A DNA stretch of 18,050 bases from Thermodesulfovibrionales bacterium (GCA_963715195.1 CAVQRT010000027.1:1-18050); one strand, 5' to 3'. Positions 1 to 7,540 are shown, counted from the stretch's first letter. Made by a program: numbers and translations. Notes: a model not told the origin generated them from the letters alone.

Positions 1-75
1 CCACCAAAAGAATGTAGTAATTTCAAGCAGTTACGCTTTTCTATTTTACATAACTACCGTCACCAAACTGTCACC
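1..75 (+). mobile_element. Probable tRNA 3' end followed by attL/P'-arm-like motifs
   Basis: Window opens with CCACCA; IHF-like TTTCAAGCAGTTA at 21-33 (consensus WATCAANNNNTTR); GTCACCA at 59-65 and 70-76 (11-bp spacing). Only 6 nt of the putative tRNA are visible. Confidence 0.45.
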
Positions 76-123
76 AGAAGACCTGTTCAGATAGCAAGTT
101 ATTAACACCAGAAAGGGGGGGGT

Positions 124-403
124 ATGGCTGAAGCTGATGAATTGCTGAAACCATCCTTTAAAGAATTAAATGTTTGACGACTATGCAGACATAAAAGTCC
201 TCTTAAAAGACTACTGTTCCAGAACGACGGAGGTCTACAAGGAATGTCCCTGCGGATGCCCGTTGTTCGGCACGGACATTATCAGGAAGAACAGTGTATG
301 GTGTGTACGGGGAGGAGACATTTCTATAGATATGTGGATGGGAAGACAAGGCATATGGGGAGCCCACGATGAAAGAATCGAAAGGTTCTCAGAATATTCT
401 TGA
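124..403 (+). CDS. Hypothetical protein, probably frameshifted near 165-170
   Basis: ATG at 124 follows a purine-rich SD-like run (GAAAGGGGGGGGT); that frame stops at ~177 while the 170-403 frame continues (CPCGCP motif). No family recognised. Confidence 0.35.
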
Positions 404-439
404 AATAGACAAGGAACTCCGGATGTTGTAACAGTTACA

Positions 440-503
440 CCCTTATCTTATTTCGATATAGTTCGATATATTTATACCGTTTTCGCTATGTTTTTTTCAC
501 GTT
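440..503. repeat. Truncated copy 1 of dispersed att-arm-like element
   Basis: Aligns without gaps to 11146-11209 with 3 mismatches in 64 nt (hand count); contains TTCGATATAG-type 10-mers and TCACGTT. Confidence 0.9.
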
Positions 504-535
504 ATTATATTCTCTCCATGATTCTGCAGGTCTTG

Positions 536-564
536 TTGACATTCTACTAAATACGTTCTACCAT
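536..564 (+). promoter_or_regulatory. Sigma70-type promoter, possibly for a leaderless mRNA starting at ATG 572
   Basis: TTGACA (536-541), 17 bp, TACCAT (559-564); in-frame ATG at 572 lies at the expected start site; no SD seen. Confidence 0.5.
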
Positions 565-1375
565 GACTTCAATGAACTACAGACTCACCCCATCAGAACT
601 CACGTTTCTATATGACGGCTGTAAGCATTGCTTTGTTATGAAAGTCAAACATGGCATTGCACAGCCATCAATCCCTATCCCTGGGGTATTTAGTGTAATT
701 GCTTCCCTCCAGAAGGAGTATTATTCAAATAGACGCCTTGAGGAAATTTGTCCAGGGTTTCCTCCTGGAACTATTAAATATGGAGAGAAATGGGTCAAAT
801 CAAACACCTTACAATTACCCGGCACTGAGAGTACTTGTTATATAAGCGGAAGATTTGACATTGTTGCTGAATTAGACGACGGAACATATGCAATCCTGGA
901 TTTCAAAACAGGAAGTCCAAGCAATGAAAAGTCTGCAATGTATTCAAGACAATTGCACAGTTATATTGTAGCCTTAGAAAACCCTGCAGAAGATGCACTC
1001 AAGCTTACCCCAATATCCAAACTTGGCCTAATTTATTTCACTCCTGACAAGTGTGAGAAGTTGGACATGTCACGTCAGCGTCTTGAGGGCCAAATAGATT
1101 GTGTTGACATAAAACGTGATGACAACGAATTCTTAAGCTTTCTCACAGAGGTTGTGAATTTGCTTGACGGACCGTTGCCTGCAATAGAAGCAGATAAGTG
1201 TGATTGGTGTAAATACCATACTAAAAAGGCTAATTTAAAGGACAGCATTGAAGTTGCTGGTGCTAATCCAAAATGTCCCAAATGTGATAGCGATATGCAA
1301 CTGAAATCAGGAAAGTATGGTGATTTCTGGTCTTGTGTGAAATTCCCTGACTGCAAGGGGACAAGGAATATTTAG
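563..1375 (+). CDS. PD-(D/E)XK (RecB/Cas4-like) nuclease with C-terminal topoisomerase-type C4 zinc finger
   Basis: GRFD...ILDFKTG and QLHSY motifs; N-terminal CKHC and CDWC cysteines; C-terminal CPKC..M.LKSGKYGDFWSC..FPDCK typical of zf-C4_Topoisom. True start may be 572. Confidence 0.85.
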   Translation: MTSMNYRLTPSELTFLYDGCKHCFVMKVKHGIAQPSIPIPGVFSVIASLQKEYYSNRRLEEICPGFPPGTIKYGEKWVKSNTLQLPGTESTCYISGRFDIVAELDDGTYAILDFKTGSPSNEKSAMYSRQLHSYIVALENPAEDALKLTPISKLGLIYFTPDKCEKLDMSRQRLEGQIDCVDIKRDDNEFLSFLTEVVNLLDGPLPAIEADKCDWCKYHTKKANLKDSIEVAGANPKCPKCDSDMQLKSGKYGDFWSCVKFPDCKGTRNI

Positions 1376-1508
1376 AAAGTCACGCATGTACCTGACTCGT
1401 ATCTGTAAATTTACTTCTTTCAAATCAATAACTCTTCCGGCTCTATAAATGGCGAATCAGAGGTGGTTGGGTTTATTTAGACAGCTAACAGATAAGGAGA
1501 TATTAGAG

Positions 1509-1892
1509 ATGAGTGAAGAAAACAAAGTTATCGTGACTTCTGCGGATAAAGTTCCAAAGAAAAATGTGCCAGCAGGCAAAAGTACCTCAATACAGATTCT
1601 TATTGGTTCTGATGTTGCCCCTAACTTTGCAATGAGACGCTTTATTATGGAACCTGGCGGAGGTATGCCCAACCACACAAATACTGTAGAACACGAACAA
1701 TTTGTTCTTGAAGGACGAGCCAAGGTAGGTATTGGGAATAAAGTCTATGACGTGAAAAAAGGGGATGTTGTATTTATCCCTAGGGACATTCCACACTGGT
1801 ATAGTGTAGAGGGAGAGGAGCCTTTTGAATTTCTATGTCTTGTTCCTAATATCCCTGATAGCATAGAAATTCTTGACAAGAGCAAGTCATAA
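1509..1892 (+). CDS. Cupin domain protein
   Basis: PGGGMPNHTNTVEHEQFVLEG and GDVVFIPRDIPHWY cupin motifs; SD AAGGAG before ATG 1509 (ORF track starts at 1449). Confidence 0.9.
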   Translation: MSEENKVIVTSADKVPKKNVPAGKSTSIQILIGSDVAPNFAMRRFIMEPGGGMPNHTNTVEHEQFVLEGRAKVGIGNKVYDVKKGDVVFIPRDIPHWYSVEGEEPFEFLCLVPNIPDSIEILDKSKS

Positions 1893-1941
1893 CAGTTGAA
1901 TAACGCTACCTCCCTACTAATGTGTTGAACTGATGAAAGGG

Positions 1942-1975
1942 GCCGGAGTCGAACCGACGACCTGCTGATTACGAA
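1942..1975 (-). pseudogene. tRNA-Thr(CGT) 3' fragment, anticodon loop to T-arm (att core-like)
   Basis: Minus strand TTCGTAA TCAGC AGGTC GTCGG TTCGACT CCGGC; no 5' half and no matching acceptor stem. Confidence 0.8.
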
Positions 1976-2116
1976 TACTTTTCAGGGGACTATACAAGGT
2001 CTTGAAAATACTGAATAAAGCCTTACCAGTAAAGGATTTAAGGCACTTTTTGTTTCGATATAGTTCGATATAGTTCTACCCTTTTCGATATAGTTCTATC
2101 ACGTTTTTATCACGTT
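1976..2116. repeat. Copy 2 of 141-bp att-arm-like element
   Basis: Gap-free alignment to 11080-11220 (24 mismatches in 141, ~83%, hand count); TTCGATATAG 10-mers; TATCACGTT twice at 11-bp spacing. Confidence 0.92.
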
Positions 2117-2306
2117 ACTTTGTTGACTCCCCAAAAAGTCTTTACTACAACAAATCTTTACCTTTCCTTACTACTTACTGAATGCGGCATTAGAAAGAGG
2201 TATTCAGGCAGTGGAGCAGATTTTATAAGAGCACATATGAATGATTTCGCAGAAGTATTGATGGAGATACTTTATACTAAGGTTTGAAGTGTTAAAAAAT
2301 GTGAAA

Positions 2307-2507
2307 ATGAACGGTTACCAAAAAATTGTCTTAATCTTTGGAATATTGATTCTGTTCATAAGCCTTATTCCATCTGATGACATAAGTCACGCTGCTTTCC
2401 CGATGGAAACACTGCTCAAAGGGTTGGGAATTGCACTGGTAATGGGTCTTTTTCTTTATGCATTTAAAGACCTCGGGAAAGGAAAAGTAAAGGGGAAAAA
2501 GAAGTAG
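2307..2507 (+). CDS. Small two-TM membrane protein with basic tail
   Basis: MNGYQKIVLIFGILILFI..., second hydrophobic segment, K-rich C-terminus; N-terminus resembles the ORF at 8829-8665, which favours ATG 2307 as start. Confidence 0.7.
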   Translation: MNGYQKIVLIFGILILFISLIPSDDISHAAFPMETLLKGLGIALVMGLFLYAFKDLGKGKVKGKKK

Positions 2508-2522
2508 AGCAAACAGACATAA

Positions 2523-2747
2523 CTCAAATTACACCTTTCTTACCATAAGACCCAACTTTTTGATAAGTCTACTGAAGTTGTAGTGGATGATGCTCCACAG
2601 GTATTGGAAAAGGCAGTTGATAAGGGAATTGTGGCTACCGGACTATTGTTTCCATGGAATCGAGAATTCGCAGACAATGGATTCAGGCTTTTTAATAATC
2701 TCAATGAGATTCTGGAATACATCCTTGGGGGGTCGGATGATTATTAA
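2523..2747 (+). pseudogene. 5'-truncated remnant of a HAD-superfamily 5'(3')-deoxyribonucleotidase-like gene
   Basis: Frame absent from the ORF track reads LHLSYHKTQLFDKSTEVVVDDAPQVLEKAVDKGIVATGLLFPWNREF...*; hhhDD plus PWN resembles the NT5C-like C-terminus; in-frame TAA directly upstream. Confidence 0.6.
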
Positions 2748-3020
2748 GAAATATGAGAAAGCGTATTAAATGTATATTAAATTGCGTTAGAAGTGAAATA
2801 CAGTAGTTAAGAAAAGCGTTTCAAGTAACCCTTACCATAAGTCGCTCATTTTTGCTTTGAGGATTTTTTCATAATTTGTATATCTTGGAGATTGCGGGGC
2901 AACTCCTATTCTATCTTTACCGATACTTATAGGTTCTGTTCATTCATCGGACCAAGTGATTCCTCTGAGAGATTCTTTCTGTAAGTATCGTATGATGCAT
3001 TTAATCTTGGTGCTGTCCAC

Positions 3021-3179
3021 AAAAAAAGTGGTGCTTACCTCCCCCCAGAACTCAGTTGATTGTACATCCTGAGACATACAGCTTTAGACTTTTACATCTA
3101 CGACCTACGTCTACGACCTTACAACGTATCTGAGTTTGAGAGGAGGAAGACCACCACTTGTGGGAATCTCTCTCTTCTT
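3021..3179 (-). ncRNA. Candidate structured ncRNA (long rod hairpin), family unknown
   Basis: Own promoter; ~40-bp interrupted stem (AAGUGGUG/CACCACUU, CCUCC/GGAGG, AACUCAG/CUGAGUU, UUGUA/UACAA) with G-U pairs on the minus strand; U7 tract; no credible ORF. Confidence 0.6.
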
Positions 3180-3185
3180 GATTTA

Positions 3186-3214
3186 CTTATACCGCACTTT
3201 GGAGTGGTTGTCAA
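3186..3214 (-). promoter_or_regulatory. Near-consensus sigma70 promoter
   Basis: Minus strand TTGACA-17 bp-TATAAG. Confidence 0.75.
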
Positions 3215-3292
3215 CTGCTTTTTGATAAGAACTCGTTGAGGTAGAAAAGAGGCTTTGACAGTTACAAGAAACTCTCTGTCCGATGAATGACC

Positions 3293-4274
3293 TTAAGCGG
3301 TTTGCTTGTTCCTTTTATGCTCATACATTGCTTTATCAGCTTGCATCAACAATTCATCAAGGGAACACGGGTTTTCGGGGTCATAATATGCTAACCCATA
3401 ACTTAATGAGAGCTTATATTGACGATTACTCGTTGCGTTATACGTCTCAATACATTTTTCAAAACGAGAAGTGATTATGCCAATGTTATCTTTGCCAGTG
3501 CCAATCGGAATGATGGCAAACTCATCACCACCAATCCGGGCTATGACATCTGATTCCCGATAATTCCTTTTCAGGATATTGGCGGTTTCAATTAACGCAC
3601 GGTCTCCTTCCTTGTGACCAAACGTATCATTAATTTCCTTTGAGATTATCCAAGTCAGCATACAGCATAAATATCCCTTCTTTTTGCCTTCTCGCAAGCT
3701 TTAAAAACTGTTCAGCTACCGCAAAGAATCCCCTCCGATTGTGTAGACCCGTTAGCTCATCAGTAAATGACATGGTATGCAGCGTCTCTTCTGCGATTTT
3801 GTAATCTGTAATGTCTTTTGAACAAACCGTAACCGCTTTGACTATTCCATTGTCCTTTCTTATCGGGCTAAGGGTTAGAAGGAAATATCTCCCATCCTTA
3901 TTACTTTTATATTCATGTGTGCTTGATTCACCGCTATCAAATACAGCATTTGCCTTTGCAGTAAATAATTCTGTTTCTTCGGGGGTGTGGTATTTACTAT
4001 ATTCTTTACCGAGGTACTCATTTCCAGAAAAACCCATCCGTCCTATGTGCTTTTTATTCATAAAAAGGTATTTTAAGGCTCTGTCTACCACATAGATGGA
4101 ATCATTCGTGGATTCAACTAATGAACGGTATTTTTCTTCAGCAAACTGAATCAATTTAGCCGATTTTTCTTTTTCTTTATTCTTTTCCGCTTCCTTCTCT
4201 AACTTCGCAATGCGTCTGCGGAATTTTTGCAATTCGTTGATTAGTTGTGTCTTCGTCTTCTTCTCATCGTCCAT
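3293..4274 (-). CDS. PAS-GGDEF diguanylate cyclase, split by a 1-nt frameshift near 3637
   Basis: Coiled coil plus PAS, then TDELTGLHNRRGF and ADLDNLK in 3630-4274; INDTFGH..GD, RESD I-site and ARIGGDEF in 3293-3697; SD AAGGAG upstream. Confidence 0.92.
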
Positions 4275-4440
4275 TTCTTACTCCTTCACAACTGATAATC
4301 AAAAGCACACATGGCATATGTGAGCAAATTATATTCATGTGGTATGGTCATTTTCAAGTATTCATATCACACTATCATTAGTAATGCACCAGATATCCTT
4401 GGGTTTCCCACTACATAACGAGAGGCACGCCTACCCACGT

Positions 4441-4505
4441 GTAGTAAAACTACTACAGCCCTACTTGAAAAATTACTACAAGACCTATTGAAGGAATACT
4501 ACAGA
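4441..4505. promoter_or_regulatory. 23-bp-periodic TACTACA repeats and GTAGT-N3-ACTAC palindrome (putative regulator sites)
   Basis: TACTACA at 4451, 4474 and 4497; intergenic, upstream of the GGDEF gene. Confidence 0.5.
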
Positions 4506-4513
4506 TTTGACTA

Positions 4514-4696
4514 TCAATAATCAGGGTTCAAAACCCCTCTACGCAAATCTTGCTCTTTTTCATACTCTTTTATAAGTCCTTGATAGTACTCCGTCAGTTT
4601 TGATAGCAAGGAACGGCGTTCCCTTACAGTAAGAGTAAAATAAAACGGCAGTTCCATTAATAGTGAAATGAATGTCTTTTCTACGCTGTTGCTCAT
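4514..4696 (-). CDS. Small hypothetical protein (60 aa)
   Basis: MSNSVEKTFISLLMELPFYFTLTVRERRSLL...; purine-rich AGGAG/AAGGA upstream of ATG 4696; the ORF-track extension to 4795 runs through palindromic sites. Confidence 0.6.
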   Translation of the reverse strand: MSNSVEKTFISLLMELPFYFTLTVRERRSLLSKLTEYYQGLIKEYEKEQDLRRGVLNPDY

Positions 4697-4857
4697 AACG
4701 AATACTTTCCTTACTCCTATTGTAGGGTTGCCTACAGGATAATCAACCCTCCCTACGTAGGATTGAATACATATGATGCTATCAGTAAGATACAACGTAA
4801 GGGCAGAGTACTTACGATATGACTCAGATAGGGCTAAATTAGGATAAAGGGGGACTT

Positions 4858-5478
4858 ATGGCTCAAACATTAGAAAACATACAAAGCCACGAAAGCAAAA
4901 TGCCCCCCACACAGGAAACCGTTCATAAGGGGAAGGTTCTCATCGTTGATGATGACGTTAATGTCGTAAATGCTATGCAAGATTACCTTACAGCGTGTGG
5001 CTATATGGCAGTTGGATGCACATCGGGGAAGGAGGCTATTGAGAAACTAAAAACGCATGATTTTGAGTTGCTGCTTACAGACCTTATGATGCCAGAAATG
5101 AACGGGGTTGAACTGTTGAAGGCAGCACAGGAATTAGACCCGCACCTCATGGGAATCATTCTAACCGGAAAGGGGACACTTGAAACTACCACAGAAATGA
5201 TGAAAGAAGCGGCTTTCCTTTGTTCTTTGAAACCCTTTAGTTTCAAAATGATGCAAATGATATTGTCTTGTGCATTAAAAAAGAGACGGCTCAGCAAACT
5301 GGAGGCGAAATATCATCTCCTTAATGATGAGCTTACAAACAGTATATCGGAACTTCAGAACCATAATAAGGAAACCGCAGATAAACAACTTGAAATTATT
5401 GAATTGAAGGAGGAAATAGACAATCTGAAAAAAGAGAAACAGTGCTACGAATATCTTGAAAAGCATTGGAAGCTATAA
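4858..5478 (+). CDS. Response regulator receiver protein with C-terminal coiled coil
   Basis: VLIVDDD, LLLTDLMMPEMNG, IILTG and KPF receiver motifs; SD AAAGGGGGA; no DNA-binding domain seen. Confidence 0.9.
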   Translation: MAQTLENIQSHESKMPPTQETVHKGKVLIVDDDVNVVNAMQDYLTACGYMAVGCTSGKEAIEKLKTHDFELLLTDLMMPEMNGVELLKAAQELDPHLMGIILTGKGTLETTTEMMKEAAFLCSLKPFSFKMMQMILSCALKKRRLSKLEAKYHLLNDELTNSISELQNHNKETADKQLEIIELKEEIDNLKKEKQCYEYLEKHWKL

Positions 5479-5495
5479 CGTGCATTAGTTGAAAA

Positions 5496-5531
5496 AAGGG
5501 GTCGGAGGTTCAAATCCTTTCGCCCCGACCA
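5496..5531 (+). pseudogene. tRNA-Pro-like 3' fragment (att core-like)
   Basis: AAGGGGTCGGAGGTTCAAATCCTTTCGCCCCGACCA matches the typical tRNA-Pro variable loop, T-arm, acceptor strand and CCA; D-arm and anticodon absent. Confidence 0.8.
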
Positions 5532-5583
5532 GCAATTTTTCTTTTATTCCAGTAGGTTGCATGTTTTACCTTACCTATATATC

Positions 5584-5605
5584 GCTGTCAAAATGCTGTC
5601 AAAAT
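5584..5605 (+). repeat. Perfect 11-bp tandem repeat GCTGTCAAAAT x2 (integrase arm-site-like)
   Basis: Seen directly, ~55 bp downstream of the tRNA-Pro fragment. Confidence 0.75.
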
Positions 5606-5748
5606 TTTCACAATTACTTCCTGGACTTAACAGTTCTGAGGTATTATCAAAAAGTGCATAGTCCAATTGGAAATCAATAAACTAACTCAATATATTACCC
5701 AACTTGTATAATATGGATATACATTGAAGAAAAGAGGTAAAACATACA

Positions 5749-5958
5749 ATGTTTGGTTCACAGGAGCTAATAATTATCGGGATAATAGTTGTTATTCTAT
5801 TTGGTGCAACAAAGCTTCCAAAACTTGGAAGTGGCATGGGTGAGGCAATCAGGAATTTCAAAAAAGGCATATCTGAAGCTACAAAAGACACATCTGAATC
5901 TGAAGAAATAGAAGCACCCAAGGAAAGCTCTAAGGAGGATAGCTCTAAAGAAGAATAG
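5749..5958 (+). CDS. tatA: Twin-arginine translocase TatA/TatE family subunit
   Basis: MFGSQELIII...ILFGATKLPKLGSGMGEAIRNFKKG signature; SD AAGAGGT. Confidence 0.95.
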   Translation: MFGSQELIIIGIIVVILFGATKLPKLGSGMGEAIRNFKKGISEATKDTSESEEIEAPKESSKEDSSKEE

Positions 5959-6032
5959 ACACAAAAAAGAAAGTCATTTAAAAGCTATTTTAGTGAATAT
6001 GTACCCCTTGGGGATGGTCGATTGAACTTGAA

Positions 6033-6695
6033 TTACCAACCTTTTGCAAGGTCTATTTGGTAACGATGGGATTCATCAAAAATTACAAAACCATTCAATT
6101 CTGACAATTGCTCATTTAGATATTTTTTTACCTCTTGTCTATATGCTTCTTTTTCTTCTTTACTTACATCTTGGTTAATTGGTTCCTTATCGGTTTTACT
6201 TACATCTTGGTTAATTGGTTCCTTATCGGTTTTACTTGCATCTTGGTTAATTAGTTCCTTATCGGTTTTACTTGCATCTTGGTTAATTAGTTCCTTATCG
6301 GGGTATTTGTATTTGAGAACTACAAAAAGGCGTGTGCGTTGTTTTGCTGGAATAAACAGGGGGGTTTTTATATATATGGAATCTTTCATTTCACTTATAA
6401 AGACATTATTGGGAAGTTTCCCCATAATTTTATAATCGCTAAATTCTCTAATTTCAAAGTCAGATTCAGATTTATTTTCTAATGTGTAGACAAACAAGAA
6501 ATGATTATCTGATGCTGTCGTAGTAACATAATCGAAAGAGGCTGTAATCGTTTTATTATCCCAATCTTTAGGTTTTCCTTCAGCCCAATAAAAAAGGAGG
6601 GAGAATATAGCAATGGTTATTGCAACTCCCGCAATAAATGCTACAGCTATAATTATTGCTGTTTTTCTACCTGAATATTGTTGCTGATAGTACAT
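6033..6695 (-). CDS. Membrane-anchored hypothetical protein with 12-aa tandem repeats
   Basis: N-terminal TM helix; DKE(L/P)INQD(A/V)SKT x4. Confidence 0.8.
   Translation of the reverse strand: MYYQQQYSGRKTAIIIAVAFIAGVAITIAIFSLLFYWAEGKPKDWDNKTITASFDYVTTTASDNHFLFVYTLENKSESDFEIREFSDYKIMGKLPNNVFISEMKDSIYIKTPLFIPAKQRTRLFVVLKYKYPDKELINQDASKTDKELINQDASKTDKEPINQDVSKTDKEPINQDVSKEEKEAYRQEVKKYLNEQLSELNGFVIFDESHRYQIDLAKGW
6159..6301. repeat. 36-bp coding tandem repeat, 4 copies
   Basis: TTTACTT(A/G)CATCTTGGTTAATT(G/A)GTTCCTTATCGGT units. Confidence 0.95.
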
Positions 6696-6869
6696 TTATT
6701 TTTGCAGTTTGATTGATTGAATATTATAATGCAAGCGAAAGATATTAGATAAGAACTCATCATTCAGAAAATCCTTTGTAATAACCTTTCAACAACTGCC
6801 CCTTCTTTGCCCTGCCAACTTTTCACGGTGGGAATAATGTACTTTGACGGTTATCAATGTGAGAATCTC

Positions 6870-6960
6870 TTGACAGCGATAAAGTAGTCTGATACATTTG
6901 GGGAAATAACCCCAATCTTTTCTCCTTTTATTTGGGGGCCTATTCAGCCCCCTTTCTTTT
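6870..6960 (+). ncRNA. Candidate ~55-60 nt sRNA unit (promoter, anti-SD stretch, intrinsic terminator)
   Basis: TTGACA-17-TACATT (TG-extended), TTGGGG/CCCCAA hairpin, TCTCCTTTT, then GGGGGC-N7-GCCCCC followed by TTTCTTTT. Confidence 0.45.
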
Positions 6961-7013
6961 GCACGGCAGATTTTTACTCTTGTTATGCTTGACCGCTCAT
7001 GCTATAATAAAAT

Positions 7014-7262
7014 ATGGATAAGAAGAAAAAGAAACAAACTGCCGATACAAAGTCCATTGTAGTTAGGGCAACTCATGAAGAATTATTGCCCGAAGTTGTC
7101 AAGGAATACTTACCTGCAATCAAAGAAAAGAATCCTGCTGCTGTAATATTAGGCCGCCTTGGTGGGATTAAAGGCGGTAAGGCAAGAGCCGAGAAGCTGT
7201 CTCCCAAGAAGCGGAAGGCGATAGCTAAAAAAGCCGCAAAAACCCGTTGGGCTAAGAAATAA
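7014..7262 (+). CDS. Small basic protein of the KNPAAVxLGRxGGxKGGKARA family (mobile-element associated)
   Basis: KNPAAVILGRLGGIKGGKARAEKLSPKKRKAIAKKAAKTRW; TGcTATAAT ends 5 nt before the ATG, suggesting a leaderless mRNA. Confidence 0.8.
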   Translation: MDKKKKKQTADTKSIVVRATHEELLPEVVKEYLPAIKEKNPAAVILGRLGGIKGGKARAEKLSPKKRKAIAKKAAKTRWAKK

Positions 7263-7346
7263 CCTATACACTCCATCTTCGGACATTTCTCTCTATATGT
7301 CCAAAATGTATCTGCTTTATTGACACTCGATTTATTTACTAACGAC

Positions 7347-7520
7347 TCAGGGCAAATCTTTGGAAAGCTCCTTCGCCCATATATGCTGAGCGGTGGCCAT
7401 TAATACTGGATACTGACTACATGCATCTCTGTATTTATCGGCGATTTCACCTGTGGTTGTACCTTTTTCTTCGTCGAAATATTTATCCTTTACTAATAGC
7501 AGCGCTTCTGAAATCTTCAT
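7347..7520 (-). CDS. Hypothetical protein (57 aa, possibly frameshift-truncated)
   Basis: SD GAAAGGA then MKISEALLLVKDKYFDEEKG...; directly downstream of 7541-7738. Confidence 0.4.
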   Translation of the reverse strand: MKISEALLLVKDKYFDEEKGTTTGEIADKYRDACSQYPVLMATAQHIWAKELSKDLP

Positions 7521-7540
7521 ATTATTTTCCTTTCTGAACT

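Noticed and set aside
563..1375. CRISPR-Cas locus suggested by the Cas4-like protein
   Set aside because: No cas1, cas2 or repeat-spacer array in the window.
2054..2116. TTCGATATAG repeats as a CRISPR array or plasmid iterons
   Set aside because: Units are 10 bp and contiguous with no spacers, and there is no rep gene.
3021..3179. Assignment of the rod RNA to 6S, SRP or a c-di-GMP riboswitch
   Set aside because: I could not find the SRP GNRA/GCAG loop motifs, the GEMM motifs or typical 6S conserved segments by eye; left unassigned.
5489..5680. 63-aa ORF MKKGVGGSNPFAPT
   Set aside because: It is a translation of the tRNA fragment and arm repeats.
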